A DNA stretch of 64,000 bases from assembly GCA_030324005.1 (NCBI GenBank), contig JARDVH010000099.1:16022778-16086777 (forward strand), given 5' to 3'. Numbering within the stretch: the first letter of the stretch is position 1; every line of letters begins with the position of its first letter. This document shows positions 1-12,482 of the stretch, piece by piece. Made by a program: the position numbers and the translations under genes. The stretch is from Negaprion brevirostris. Lineage: Eukaryota. The notes beneath the pieces are model-generated. The model was not told the origin of the DNA. It made no database searches and was given only the letters and a program-made list of their open reading frames with translations.

Positions 1-1100
1 TATTATTTGGTGCCCTATAGACTGCACCTATCAGTGACATTTTCTCCTTACTATTTCTAATTTCCACCCAAATGGATGCAACCTTTTTTTCCATAGAACC
101 TATCGTCTCTCACAACCGCCCTGACGTCATCCTTAAATATCAAAGCTACATCATCTCCCTTACCTTCCTGTCGGCCCTCCGAACAATCTGATTTCCCTGG
201 ATATTTAATTGTCAGTCATGACCATCTTGCAACCATGTCTCTGTAATGGCCAACAAATCATACTCATTCTCAATGGTTTGCGCTGTCAAGTCATTTACCT
301 TGTTTCGAATGCGACGAGCATTCAGATAAAGTGCTCTTATGCCTATTTTTTAACCTTTTTGAATTCTAACACTTCTATTAATAAAATCTTCTGATTTCTC
401 CTTCCTTTTAACTTTTTCCTGATTTTTGATGTAGTTGGAACATTCTCCCTACATTTTGTCCTTGCTCCCTCCTTCTCGAACTCCTTCCGTAGCTCCCCAT
501 CCTCTGGCATCTTAATTTAAACCGTTCCCCCTAGGGCATCAGTCCCAGGAGTAACCCATCCAGTCTGTACAGGTTCCACCTCCCCCAGAACCAGTCCCAA
601 TGCCCCAGGAATCTGAAATCCTCCCCCTGACACCACCTCTTCAGCCATGTATTTATCTGATAAATCCCGCCATTTCTACTCTGATGAGCATGTGGCACCG
701 GTGATAATCCTGAGATTACCAACTTCGGAGGTCCAATTTTTTAACTTTCTTCCTAGCTCCCTATATTTTGCTTTTAGGATGTCATCCCCTTTTTTTAACC
801 TATGTTGTTTGTACCAATGTGTACTATGACCACTGGCTGTTCGCCCTCCCCCTTCAGAATGTCCTGCAGCCACATCCTTGACCCTAGTACCAGAGAGGCA
901 ACATACCATCCTGGAGTCTTGTTGGTGGCCACAGAAATGTCTGTCTATTCCTCTTACAATTGAATCCCCTATAACTATTGCACTTTTTACTGGCACACTT
1001 TCTACCCCTTCCCTCTGCAGCTGAACTACCGTGGTGCAATGAGTTTGGCTGCTGCTGCTTTCCCTAGAGAAGTAATTCCCCTCAACAGACAGAAAAATCT
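1..1100 (-). mobile_element. Degenerate CR1 LINE: ORF1 SGNH/GDSL esterase remnant and start of ORF2 APE endonuclease
   Basis: ORFs read AIVIGDSIVRGIDRHFCG..SRMVCCL and ISGL..NTWLKRWC..FRFLGHWDWFWGRWNLYRLDGL; 1-360 reads ALYLNARRIRNKVNDL..AITETWLQDG with frameshifts. Confidence 0.88.
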
Positions 1101-1759
1101 GTTATAGGGTTGAGGGCAGGGGAGATGAAATGAGATGCAAGTCCTGTTACCAATTTAAAGATTTTTTTAGACCAATTGGCACCCTGCAAAACAGCTCTGA
1201 ATTCTAAATATATCCCTTACAAAAAACATGATATATGTTTTAAAGGCACAGTATTATTAATTAGCATAACATTTATCATCTGCCAGACCATAATAGTCAC
1301 TGTCTGGTATGAATGATGCTTGCTACTTATAAATCTAAGCCTGAATCCTGTCCAGGTCTTGCAACATGATTTGATGATGTGACTTGGACATTTGCAGAGG
1401 CTGCAGTTTTACTTTCTTCAACTAAACCCATTACATGTTTGATTGAATGTGTGTGTGCAAAGCAAGTATTTGTGTGTAAAGCCCATATAGTTAGGACAAT
1501 ACAATGCCAACCTACAAAAAACACAGAAAAGTTGATTGTTTCAACTCTGAAACACACAACTGAAAACCAGCCCTTAATAAAGCCACCGACCAAGGGCACT
1601 ATATTGTGATTGAAGTTGCTAAACTCTATTTACTAAATTAATTTCAAGATCATTATCAGTATTTTTGGATAACATTCCACAATTATTTTGAAAAGCTTGT
1701 ACCTTTATTCTGGCAGTCTACCATTTTGGTTTGTAACTTTCTAATCAATGTTATTAGAC

Positions 1760-2085
1760 ATTGCTTGGTGCATTGCAAGAGCCCCACTCTGGCATGGCAG
1801 TCCCTGTTACACTTGCTGCCGATGAAGGCAGAGGTTTGAAAAAGGTGCAGAAGTTGCTGGGCCTCTACTTTCTTCTTGGCCAGCTGAGCTTACCATTTCT
1901 TCTTGCTTTTTCCGGCACCTCCTCGGACAGACAGCCACCAGAATGCTCAGCAACATAGAAATCATGGTTTAGTGTTGATGGAATAAGCATGCCCAGACTC
2001 TCCTGAGAGACAGCAAAGGTGGAGTCTTTTCTCCTACCTAGTGTATGGTGCCCGTGTCTCACTACTTCAGAGGAATGCAGTGAGG
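1760..2085 (-). mobile_element. Probable RTE-clade LINE 3' fragment
   Basis: Minus strand resembles the RTE C-terminal (G)RRK...W...RRK region followed by a cysteine-knuckle-like tail; heavily decayed. Confidence 0.35.
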
Positions 2086-3200
2086 ACACAAGCTTGCACT
2101 GCTGTGTTCATGATCAGTTTGTTTTTTTTAACTCAATTTGGCCATAACAGCAGCTTTGAAACGTAGGTGTTAAATTCCAGCAGTTAGTGACGGATCGCTG
2201 ATAATTGTGGACCCTGAGAACATCCAAAAGGTTTTTGTTATAACCGGAATGCCATAGGATATGTATTCAGCCTGAAATAAGCAACAGTTCCACTCAATAC
2301 GCCATCAAGATGCATTATCTTTGAAGTGGAGGATTTAGAAATTTAAGATGACGCACACTTATGTCTGGCCTCATGGAATTTGGATTTTTGGTACACTTAC
2401 TGCATTTTGGTTTAGCATTTTAAGTCATTATAAGAGACACAACTGACATGATTTCTGCACCATCAGTAAGTCGACACTATAGCCCTCACCAATCATTAAG
2501 ACTTTTGACTACATACAACCATTACAATTTTTCCAGTTTAGCCTGCATTTCATGCAAGATGATACCTTGGTAAAGGAGTTGAAGCTTACGATAGGAATGC
2601 CCACCCAGAGGATTATTAAGCAGTTGACTGTTCCTTAAAATGCCTGCTGGTGCTCATTAAGCAGGTTGCATGGTAAATTGGAGGCTAGAACTGGTCTTAA
2701 CATCCTTTAACAGCAACCAGTTGATTCAGAGTGAACAGGTTGTTACAGATGTAACATCAAATGTAAAACCTATTGGAGAGAAGGACACTTTGTTTTTGAA
2801 AGGCAGCCTTAAGCTTCACAAAATGGACTCGAGTAACCTGTGAGATTTATATACAGATAGGGACTTCCAGACAAAGTCATTTGCTGTAAAGTCATTAAAA
2901 TATAGATGTTCTTGTGGAGGACCTTCCATTGAGAAGAATCAGAATTAACAAAATGATTTGCGGAATAATCAATTGTACTAGGTACCAATTGTCTGGATAT
3001 CTACAGAAACTCAATAGAATGGTCACCCCCAGAACTGGTGTCTTAAAATTTAAATCTAACAAAATAGGGTGTGAAAGAACCATTTTATCAGAAGCAGGTT
3101 GGAACAGCTGCCATTCATTCCCCACTGTGAGACAATGGCTATGACATCAAATCATTTGTGTGAAAAAAGGGAATACATTGGTATTATCATCTGATAAACT

Positions 3201-3497
3201 TGGCACAGTGGTTAGCACTGCTGCCTCAGCACCAGGGACCCGGGTTTGATTCCCATCTTGGGTCATTGTGCAGACTCTAAACAGACATTCTCCCTGTCTC
3301 TGCATGGGTTTCCTCCAGGTGCTCCGGTTTCCTCCCACAGTTCAAAAGACATGCTGGTTAGCTGCATTGGTCATGCTAAATTCTCCTTCAATGTACCTGA
3401 ACAGGCACCAGAGTGTCGCAACTAGGGGATTTTCTCAGTAACTTCATTGCAGTGTTAATGCAAGCAAACTTGTGATTAATAAATAAACTTTACTTTA
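3201..3497 (+). mobile_element. tRNA-derived shark V-SINE (HE1-like), tail type A
   Basis: tggcacagtggttagc A box, gggtttgattcc B box, V-domain ggtgctccggtttcctcccaca, tail ...cttcattgcagtgttaatg...aataaactttacttt. Confidence 0.85.
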
Positions 3498-5040
3498 GCT
3501 GGGCATTGCCAATATCTTACAAAACCACAAGGCAGTCTAGTAGGTCAGTCTGGGACAAAGTCCAGTGGAAAGCCATCTCATCTCACACAAGGGAGGCATC
3601 ACTGGAGACAGAGAATTGAGCCTTAATTGTTTTACCTGCAAGATCATAGTTCATGGGCTCAAACAATTTCAACTGGAAAGCCAGAACATTGCTGTTGTTT
3701 GGGGTGAACCAGTGTGAACCCATCAACAGAAATGTCCAACATTCAGTTCTCAAGTACGTTCAAGGGAGAATCATTCAGGCCTGCAACATTTCAACAACCA
3801 TCTCGATGACTGATTAGAAGTTTTGACTCTAAGATAAGTGCATTCTACATCTTTGGAACTCATCCTTGCTTGAATGTGTATCCGGTGTGAATGAGTGGGC
3901 ATATGTTGCGTTAACATTTTGCATGTTAAGAAATAAATGTTTATCCTATCTTTCGCCTTGTACTTATAAGGAAGTGTGTTTTGTGTCTTTCAACTCACAG
4001 CAATCAAGGGATTGGAACATACCCACTCAAACATACATCTCAGGACAGCTGAGGTGAGAAGGGGAGAAATTATCCCTCATCTCATCCTATCCATCATAAC
4101 ACTTTATTGAGACTTCATTTGTCAATAGTGATTACAGAAAATTATTTCACCTAAAAATAGCACACACGGTGCTAACCTACCTTGTTGGTCACTCACAGAA
4201 GTCACCAGGGGAGAGCGAGAGTTATTAACATCTTTCTTAGGGTTCCTTTTATGTACAGGAGAAATGGGGGAAGAATGGGAGGCCCAGAAGAGCAGCATCA
4301 ACTGCTAGAGAAGGATGGGTGTGCGGGGATGGGGGTTGATTTCACCCCCCCCGCCCCCAATTTGCTCTGGGCCTCCAGTACCTCATCCAAGAGCCTGTGC
4401 ACTCTCTCACAGTCCCTGAGCCATCTTGAAAGGTGACGCTCTGTCAACACACACATCTTCAGTAAAAAAAAACTGCTTGGAAACTACACATTGTGCACAA
4501 TGGAAACTGCATTGAATCAGAACTCGAGCATCAAACATGCAGGTGTCTTGTTGAGCAGCTCTGGGCAAACTCAAATAATAGCAACTAATGGTTAGCACCA
4601 AAATTACACGGTAAAGCTGGATCTTTAAAACAGTAGCACAGCGTCGTTTTGTACCTTTCATCCTTTCACAAAATAACCCCTAATATTGTTCATACCCTAA
4701 AATCAGATCATCATTAAATTAATTTACTGATTTTTAAAACAGTAGGTATTAAGTTACAGAACTTTCTGCCATAGAAATTTAAAAAGGTATTAAATAAAAC
4801 TGTAGGTAACAATTTGTAATGAAAATTAGTGGATGCTGCCATTAGGTGCCATTCTTCAAGTCTCAAGAAATAAGATGACATTGAAGTTCGTTGGCAGATT
4901 TTAAATGAATGCTACACCAATCAATAGAACAGCCGATAACGGACCTTATTAATCCAATCATTCAGACCAAGGACACAAAAATACCTTGCATTTTTCCTTG
5001 TGGAATGAGTTCAATTAGCCTTCTTTAATCCTTTCCAATT

Positions 5041-5385
5041 AATCAGAGAACCCCAACAATGCAGAAGTGTCTTTTTGGCCCATCAAGTCTGCACCGACTA
5101 TGGCAGTGTCTTACCCAGGCCTTTTCCCCTGATCTATCCCTGTATCATCACACATTTCCCATGGCTGATCCATCTCACCTACACATCTTGGAACATTAAG
5201 GTGCAATTTAACATGGCCAATTCATCTAATCTGCACATCTTTGGATTTTGGGAGGAAACAGGAGCACCTGGAGAAAATCCACGTAGACATGGAGAGAACA
5301 TGTAAATGCCACACAGTCATTCATGATTGGAATGGAACCTGGCTCCTTGGCATTGAGAGGCGGCAGGGCTAACCACTGTGCCACC
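5041..5385 (-). mobile_element. HE1-like V-SINE, CR1-type tail (type B)
   Basis: Reverse tRNA head and V-domain; tail gacttgatgggccaaaa..ctgcattg. Confidence 0.8.
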
Positions 5386-6464
5386 AATAAGTAAAAGAAA
5401 TGCTTCTCTGGCCAGGTCCCGTGCGACAAACACGCATGTAGTGAAGTGATTTACCTTTTTTTTTTATGCATAAATCTTATCNNNNNNNNNNNNNNNNNNN
5501 NNNNNNNNNNNNNNNNNNNNNNNNNNNNNNNNNNNNNNNNNNNNNNNNNNNNNNNNNNNNNNNNNNNNNNNNNNNNNNNNNNNNNNNNNNNNNNNNNNNN
5601 NNNCATAAATCTTATCGGAACAAGTTTCATCAACAATCAATATTTGTTCATGACACAGTTCACTGGTTAATAAGTTGTGAGCAATATATTTGATACTTGC
5701 TAATTAGTTACAGGCCCTAAAAGTTATTTACCTTACTGATGAAGGCGGAGGACAAACTATTTTAATGAAAACTGGAAGAAAATATCGTAAATTCAACATT
5801 CTTTCCTTTTTGCTGCGATAACGTACCTAACAATGCTCATTTCAGGACTGTGGAGGAAGTATTTAGTTCCATTGCCTATCAGTACGAATATTAATATTAA
5901 AATGTGGTTTAATCTTGCCGACAGCTCGTAATCAAAATGTAGAATTCAGTAAAGCTGGACTGCTGATGATTAAAGGATATGAATCATTTTCCCCACCGTA
6001 TAGGATCTTGAATTTCAATCCAAAAATTAATCTTGGTGTTGCCAATATTTTAATAGTTGATACTTTTGACAAACACCAATCCGAAGAACCCATTTGCAGC
6101 ATTATTTGCAATTCTGTACCATTATTCAGTCATTTGCAAAGACTGCACTATAGTGTGAGAAAGGACATGCCACTGCAAAGGGAGGTGGATCAACAACTCT
6201 GTCTCATTTAATCCCCAGTATGACAAGGTGTTTTCATACCTTTCAGGCTGCCCAATTTGAAATTCCAAATATAGCTCCTGATGCAATTCCCACCACAGCT
6301 GAATACAGGGTACAGCAGTCTTACCATCACAATTCTTATCCAGTAACCGTGTAAGTTTTGAAAACCTAGCAATTTTCAGTTTACATCAAAGACAATGATT
6401 ATTGAAAGGTGCTAGATTTCAGTAAAAGCCCAACTGATTTGCTAACTCCCCGCTGAAAGGAAAC

Positions 6465-6817
6465 CATAGATTCTCTATAGTGCAGAAGGAGGCTATTTCG
6501 CCCACTGAATTTGCACACACACTCTCCGAAAGAGCATCCCACCCTGGCCCATCCCCCAGCCTACCACCGTAACCCATGCATTTACCTCGCTAATCCATCT
6601 AACCCACACATCTTTGGACACAAAGGAGCAACTTATCATGGCCAATCCACCCAGCCTGAACATCTTTGAACTATGGGCGGAAACTGGAGCACCCAGAGGA
6701 AATCCATACGGACAAATGGAGAAGCTGTAAACTCCATTCAGATTGTTACCCAAGGCCAGAATCAAACCTGGGTTCTTGGCTCTATGAGGCAGTAGTGCTA
6801 ACTACTGTGCCGCTGCC
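6465..6817 (-). mobile_element. HE1-like V-SINE, type B tail, probably nested in an older SINE (about 6280-6900)
   Basis: Reverse head and V-domain; tail gggcgaaatagcctccttctgcactatagagaatctatg. Confidence 0.8.
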
Positions 6818-8720
6818 ATTCCAGTTGGTTTTGCTTATACATAGCACCAGGACAACATTACTTGGTTGACGTAATGCCCTCTGAAGTAAGCCTATCATTC
6901 GCAAAATAATTTTTTACCCAAAGAAAAAGCACCATTACAAGGACTTATGTTTCAGGCAGACCCACTATCATCTTCTCAGGGAACCAGGGGATGGCTTGTC
7001 CTAGTGTTGTCAGCATCCTGTTAACAAAAGAAAGGGAAGCAGATGGGTTGACCATTTTTGGGAAGGTTTGAAAGTCACAACGCTGTCTGTACACCATATG
7101 GAAACAGGTGCTTTGAAAACAAACACGTTCAGATTTGTCAGCTGGATTGGATATTTTAATTTTTTTTTTTAGAAAAAACAATTTTCAGGAAAAAACATTA
7201 CAATTTGGCAGAAGTACTCGGCAAATTCAACTTCATTAGCTTTTAATTTAACAGAACACTCAGAGACTTGATGCACATCACGGGTAACACACAAACAGCA
7301 GTTAATTTCGTGCACTTCCATCAAAAGATCAGGGAAATGAAGTACAGACCCTACACTGAAAACATGTTTAAGGAAATATATTTCTCAACACATATACTTC
7401 ATATTTATATATTTTCAAATATGCTGAAAAGAAATCAGTTTCATTAAAGAAATCCTGAAATGCTAATCAAGAGGATAAAGACCCTTTGTGTATGTACAAC
7501 TCCCCTTGTTTGGAGCATTGTGCCTTCATAATTAGGGGAGAGAGAGGACAATCCAGTCAGCAGCCACTTTAAAAAGAGGTGCTCCAGATTTCAATGAGGT
7601 ACTAGAGCAAACAAAAAGGAATGAAAACAACCTCAAAAAATAAATGCAGAAAAACTGAATATGGAAAGCTTCGCAACAAATAATAACACACCAGACAGAC
7701 ACATTTCTGCACTGAATTCGACCATGGGGATCGACATTTTATATTGAGTGCAGGTTAGAATTTCACCATGAAACAAAAGCTCGGGAATTTCTAATAGACT
7801 ATATTTTAAAAGCTTGGTGGTCTGCTGTGTTGATCTGGATACTGTGGCTGCTGAGGTCTGTGAGCAAAAGGTTCTACTGCATGGGCAACATACAACAATG
7901 GGACTCAATTACATTCCAAGTCCAGGCTTTGTCATTAAACAAGAGCCCTCTCTGCTGGAACCAGCAGCATTTCGGCACAATGTCAGCCTTTAATTTCCCN
8001 NNNNNNNNNNNNNNNNNNNNNNNNNNNNNNNNNNNNNNNNNNNNNNNNNNNNNNNNNNNNNNNNNNNNNNNNNNNNNNNNNNNNNNNNNNNNNNNNNNNN
8101 NNNNNNNNNNNNNNNNNNNNNNNNNNNNNNNNNNNNAGAGAGAACTACTGTATGTACAAAAACAAAGGTAAAACACAGTTATGACCGACTTCTGATACAT
8201 TCCATTTAATTTTCCAATATGGGCATTCCCAAAGTATTGCACTAAATATCACCTCCATGTAGCACAGAATGCTACAATACACCAATAACGTACAGCAAGG
8301 TATGAACAGGAATCAGAACCAGCCCATGCTAGCAGCTGACCTCACTTACAAAAAACTTAACTATGCTGATATTCCATGCACACAAGTGTTTCTCTAAAGG
8401 AACTTCAATGTCCTATTAATCTGCCACCCATTTCTTCCTCCCACATCATAAATAATATTAACCTGCCATCTTTCTCCCCTTTAGTTCCAACCATGTTTCT
8501 GCCAGGAAAATAGTTCTTATTGTCGACCACAATTTGTTCCTTGAACAAGAAAAAATACTTCCACGGTCTCCCAAAGTATTCTGCAGACGCATGTCTGGTA
8601 AATGGCATGATTTTATACAAGACCTAGGTAGCAATAGGGTAGGAGTTAATACAATAAATATTAGAGTATTCAAACTGGAGTAAAATCTGGCAACGTAATA
8701 CTATTAATGAACATTAAAAT

Positions 8721-8726
8721 TTTATT
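8721..8726 (-). terminator. Candidate proximal polyadenylation signal AATAAA
   Basis: tttatt on + strand about 1.2 kb after the stop, with an adjacent ATTAAA at 8729-8734. Confidence 0.4.
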
Positions 8727-8959
8727 TGTTTAATGGCTATGTGGATTCAAACCCCAAAGATGATTTAATTTTTTAAAAAAAGATCATTAGTTTAGAAGGA
8801 TTTGCATTATTGACAAATACTTATAGTAAATGGGGAGACATACCTAAACTTACATTAACAAAAGTAACAAATCTAATTACAATACTTTCTGTATAAGTAA
8901 TGTTACAGGCAGCATCTGGCATGAAATGAATCCATATCAACCAAGGACAAAAGGTGGTC

Positions 8960-9460
8960 AAAAAATGTATTCATCTGACCAGTGTTGGACACAAACTGAC
9001 ATCATCCAATCACCAGTGAACAGAAATCAACATCTACCAATCATTGTTGGAGATACTGACATCATCCAATCACCATTGGGACAGAAATCTACATCGACCA
9101 ATCATTGTTGGAGATACTGACATCATCCAATCACCACTGAACAGAAATCAACAATCATTGTTGGACACAAATTGACATCATCCTAACTCAGCCAGACAGA
9201 ACAATCATTGTTGGACACAAATTGACATCATCCTAACTCAGACAGACAGAAACTAGCATCAGCCAATTAGCATGGCCACAATCTGACATCATCCAATTAG
9301 CACCGGATACAAACTGTCCAACCAGTGGACATACACCAATACCTAACCAGCATTAGACAAACAAGCATCATTCAATAGGAACTGGATGCAAACCTGTATC
9401 TTCCAATCAGCGTCAGATACAAATCAGTATCACCCAACCAGCTCTGAACACAAACCAATA
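8960..9460. repeat. Minisatellite with ~30-bp degenerate base unit and 60-bp and 50-bp higher-order copies
   Basis: Units starting actgacatcatccaatcacca at 8995, 9055 and 9116; 50-mer at 9151-9200 repeated at 9201-9250 with 1 mismatch; decaying catc..ccaat units to about 9460. Confidence 0.9.
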
Positions 9461-9928
9461 AGGTGCAAATTAATTTCTTGGGGCCAGAAATGGATCATTG
9501 TTTGGATTCTCATGTCAATACTCTGCTACATGTATTTATCCTCTTGTTTTGCATTTGTTGGCATCTGGAGTGAATGCAGTATACATTTATAGCTCCATGG
9601 GTGAAACACTGGCAGAGACAATAGCACAAAACATTTGGCGTGTGAAATAACACAGAAAACCCAGCACGGCCCCATGTGGCCCTTGTTCCCTGCTCAGGTC
9701 CCACACTGTGCACCAACCCACAGTTACAGTAGAAAACACCTTCATGTTGCAAGTTTTCAGTTTCCTCCTCAGTTTAAAGCAATGTGACTGAGGGAAAGTT
9801 TATGAGTTGTGCTAGGAAACAGCAGTACTCAAAGATGAACCTCCTGTCCTGTAGAAATAAATGAAGAGGGAGAATCATCTGTGGATAACCTCCTTCCAGC
9901 TTAAGTTTGGTAACGTGGACCAAGGCCA

Positions 9929-9970
9929 TCAGAACTGGTACCACTTCTTATCTTTGCACTTTAACATCAT
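9929..9970 (-). CDS. STXBP5: Tomosyn-1 terminal coding segment
   Basis: ttttctttccag|ATG ATG TTA AAG TGC AAA GAT AAG AAG TGG TAC CAG TTC TGA = MMLKCKDKKWYQF*, compare mammalian IMLKYKDKKWYQF*. Confidence 0.96.
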   Translation of the reverse strand: MMLKCKDKKWYQF

Positions 9971-10439
9971 CTGGAAAGAAAAGACAAAAATATTACTTCC
10001 AAAGAACAGACTGAAAGAAGTTTATATCTTCTGAAATGTCCTCCAAACTACTGCAGGATCAAGGTAGAGGAAGAGTTTGGACAAGCAGATTTACCTTTGA
10101 CCAGGGTTTCAAAGAATGGTTGTGCCAATTTGAAAGAGCGGTATAGCCATGAATTGTACATCAAGGTATTATCTCTCCCTTGTTTATAAGAGATGCTTGC
10201 TGGCTGCTCCAAGAACCTCAGAGACATTTGTGAACAGAAGGGCAGAACACAAAAGGCAGGTTTCTGGAACATCTGTGACAAAGAATTGATTTCCCTTCCC
10301 AAAAAAAGCATTTTCCTATGGTATCAAGTGAACTGCAACAACCCTGTTGAATTCCTTGCGATCGTTCTCTCGAGAATATCTCAATGAGTTTTGCAGAACT
10401 ATTCAGGGAATGCTCCAATCTAATACAAAAGCTCAAACA

Positions 10440-10672
10440 ACAACAGAGCACTTGAAAGTACCATCATGGTTTTGTTTATGCTCACCAGAAATGAACGATG
10501 GGGCCTAGTTTCACTTCTCGTCTGTAAGAAAGGATCTCTTAAGACAGTGTAGCACTCCTTTCGTGTGGCACAGAAGTGTCAGCCTGTATTACACGCTTGA
10601 GTCTTCAAAGTGGGACTTGAATCCACAACCTTCTGACTCAGAGGCAAGTGTGTCCAGCCACTAAGTCGTGGC
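10440..10672 (-). mobile_element. DeuSINE (SacSINE1-like) 5' part
   Basis: Minus strand cttgcctctgagtcagaaggttgtggattcaagtcccac tRNA-like head followed by gctgacact...ggagtgctacactgtc. Confidence 0.7.
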
Positions 10673-10749
10673 TATTTTAATTGTGGATAGTATCGATCTG
10701 GTTGATCTATCTCTTGCCTTTACTGCATGCTGCTATGAACAATTCATTT

Positions 10750-11620
10750 CCAGCAAATGATTAGGAAGGCAAATGGAATGTTATCATTTACTGCAAGGGG
10801 AGTCAAGTGTAAATGTACAGCTGTATAGGGCCACTTCTGGAGTACTCTGCACATTTTTGGTCTCCTTCAGAGAGGATTCAACTGTATGAGCAGCATTTTG
10901 GAGAAGATTCACTCAACTGACTCCTGGGATGAAGGGGGTTAGCTTACGAAAAATAGTTGAGCAGATTGGGCCTATACCCATTGAAGTTTAGAAGAATGAG
11001 GGGTGATTGTACTGAAACATAAAAGATCCTGAGGTGGCTTGACAGAGTGGATACTGGGAGGATGTCTAAAGTTTAAAGCAAAGTTTAAGTTTGTTAGTCA
11101 CAAATAAGACTTACATTAACACTACAATGAAATGACTGTGAAGTTTCCCCAGTCGCCATATTTTGACACCCATTCAGGTCAATGCACCTAACCTTTCAGA
11201 CTGAGGGGAAACCGGAGCACCTGGAGGAAACCCATGCAGACATGGGGAGAATGTGCAGACTTCACACAGACAGTGACCCAAGCCAGGAATCAAACCCAGG
11301 TCCCTGAAACTATGAAGGAGCAGGGCTAACCACTGTGCTGCTAGGGCATACAGTTTAAAAATTAGTGGTCTCGCACTTAAGACTAAGATAAGGGAAAGTT
11401 TCTTTTCTCTCTATGGGTTGCTAGTCTGTGGAATTCTCTTCCCCAAAGGGCACAGGAGGCTGGATCACTGAATACGTTCGAGGCTGAATTTTATAGATTT
11501 TTAATTTACAAGGGAGATGAGGGCAGATAGGAAAGTGGGAGTTGAGGCCACAATCAGATCAGTCATGATTTTATAGAATGGTGGAAGCAGCCCCGAGGGT
11601 CTACTGCTGCTCCTAATTCT
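10750..11620 (+). mobile_element. CR1 LINE 3' end interrupted by a SINE
   Basis: aaggcaaatggaatgtt...gtttagaagaatgaggggtga; resumes at about 11341 with tctgtggaattctct...gatcagtcatgat..gctcctaattctt. Confidence 0.8.
11069..11340 (-). mobile_element. HE1-like V-SINE, type A tail, nested in CR1
   Basis: Reverse complement of the 3201-3497 family. Confidence 0.85.
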
Positions 11621-11679
11621 TGTGTACAGGTTGATTTGTTCCAGAAAATATACTGTAAGGTCTTGTAAGAAAAGACCTT

Positions 11680-12020
11680 GCACTTACAGAACACCGTATC
11701 GCATTGAGGCATTAGCCGGCCAAATTACACACAGAAAAGCCTCATAAATAGTAATGAATGACCAATTTGCTTCTGGCGCTGTTGATTGAGAAAGAAATAT
11801 TGGCCAGGGCACTGGAGATCTCACTGCCTTTCTTCAGGAGGATATTTTACCTCCAGGACGGACTGTACTTCCTGTTAGTGTCTCATCACAAAGTTGGCAG
11901 TTCTGAAATGTGGCATGTCCTCAGTACTGAGGTGTTGGTCCAGATTTTGATCCAAGTCCTAGAGGGGGGCTCAAGCCCCCAATCTTCAGAGTCAATCGTG
12001 CTAATCACTGAGCCAAGCTG
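11680..12020 (-). mobile_element. Decayed DeuSINE (SacSINE1-like)
   Basis: Same head and core as 10440-10672, including aatattggccagg. Confidence 0.55.
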
Positions 12021-12191
12021 AATACTACTGTTGGTCAGAATGCTCAGAGACTTTGACACCTATCTTTCAGGCATTTCAGAAAGCTTCAAATATAATCGGC
12101 TGCAGTGTAGTTTTGTTGTTTTGGGGGCAAAAACAAGTACTTGTAATTGAGCTGTTTAAATAATAGTTCATGTTACAAGATTTTGGAGTAT

Positions 12192-12482
12192 AAAGTTTAT
12201 TTATTAGTCACAAGTAGGCTCACATTCACACTGCAATGATGTTACTGTGAAAATCCCCTAGTCGTCACACACTGGCACCTGTTCGAGTACACTGAGGAAG
12301 AATTTAGCATGGCCAATTCACCTAACCAGCACTTCTTTGGATTGTGGGAGGAAACCAGAGCACCCGAAGGAAATCCACGCAGACAGGAGGAGAACGTGCA
12401 GACTTCACACAGACAATGACCGAAGTCGGGAACTGAACTCAGGTTCCTGATGCTGTGAGGCAGCAGTGCTACCAAAGTGCAA
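12192..12482 (-). mobile_element. HE1-like V-SINE, type A tail
   Basis: Near full-length reverse copy of the 3201-3497 family. Confidence 0.88.

Larger units (their letters stand above)
7140..9928 (-). other. STXBP5: Probable STXBP5 3'UTR; distal end uncertain
   Basis: No recognisable TEs in this AT-rich stretch after the stop; minus-strand AATAAA at 8721-8726, and ATTAAA at 7242-7247 and 7155-7160, the last followed by GT-rich sequence. Confidence 0.5.

Noticed and set aside
676-996. GDSL esterase ORF as a host gene
   Set aside because: It is frameshifted and directly followed by a CR1 ORF2 endonuclease start, so it is LINE ORF1.
3201-3275. tRNA genes
   Set aside because: The A/B-box sequences are heads of SINEs that continue into V- or Deu-domains; I saw no intact cloverleaf.
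8960-9460. CRISPR-like appearance of regularly spaced repeats
   Set aside because: The intervening segments are themselves homologous rather than unique spacers, there are no cas genes, and the context is a vertebrate gene.
9870-9931. Stop-codon readthrough extension of tomosyn
   Set aside because: The context is TGA-TGG rather than the TGA-CTAG readthrough motif, and the next in-frame stop follows within about 18 codons.
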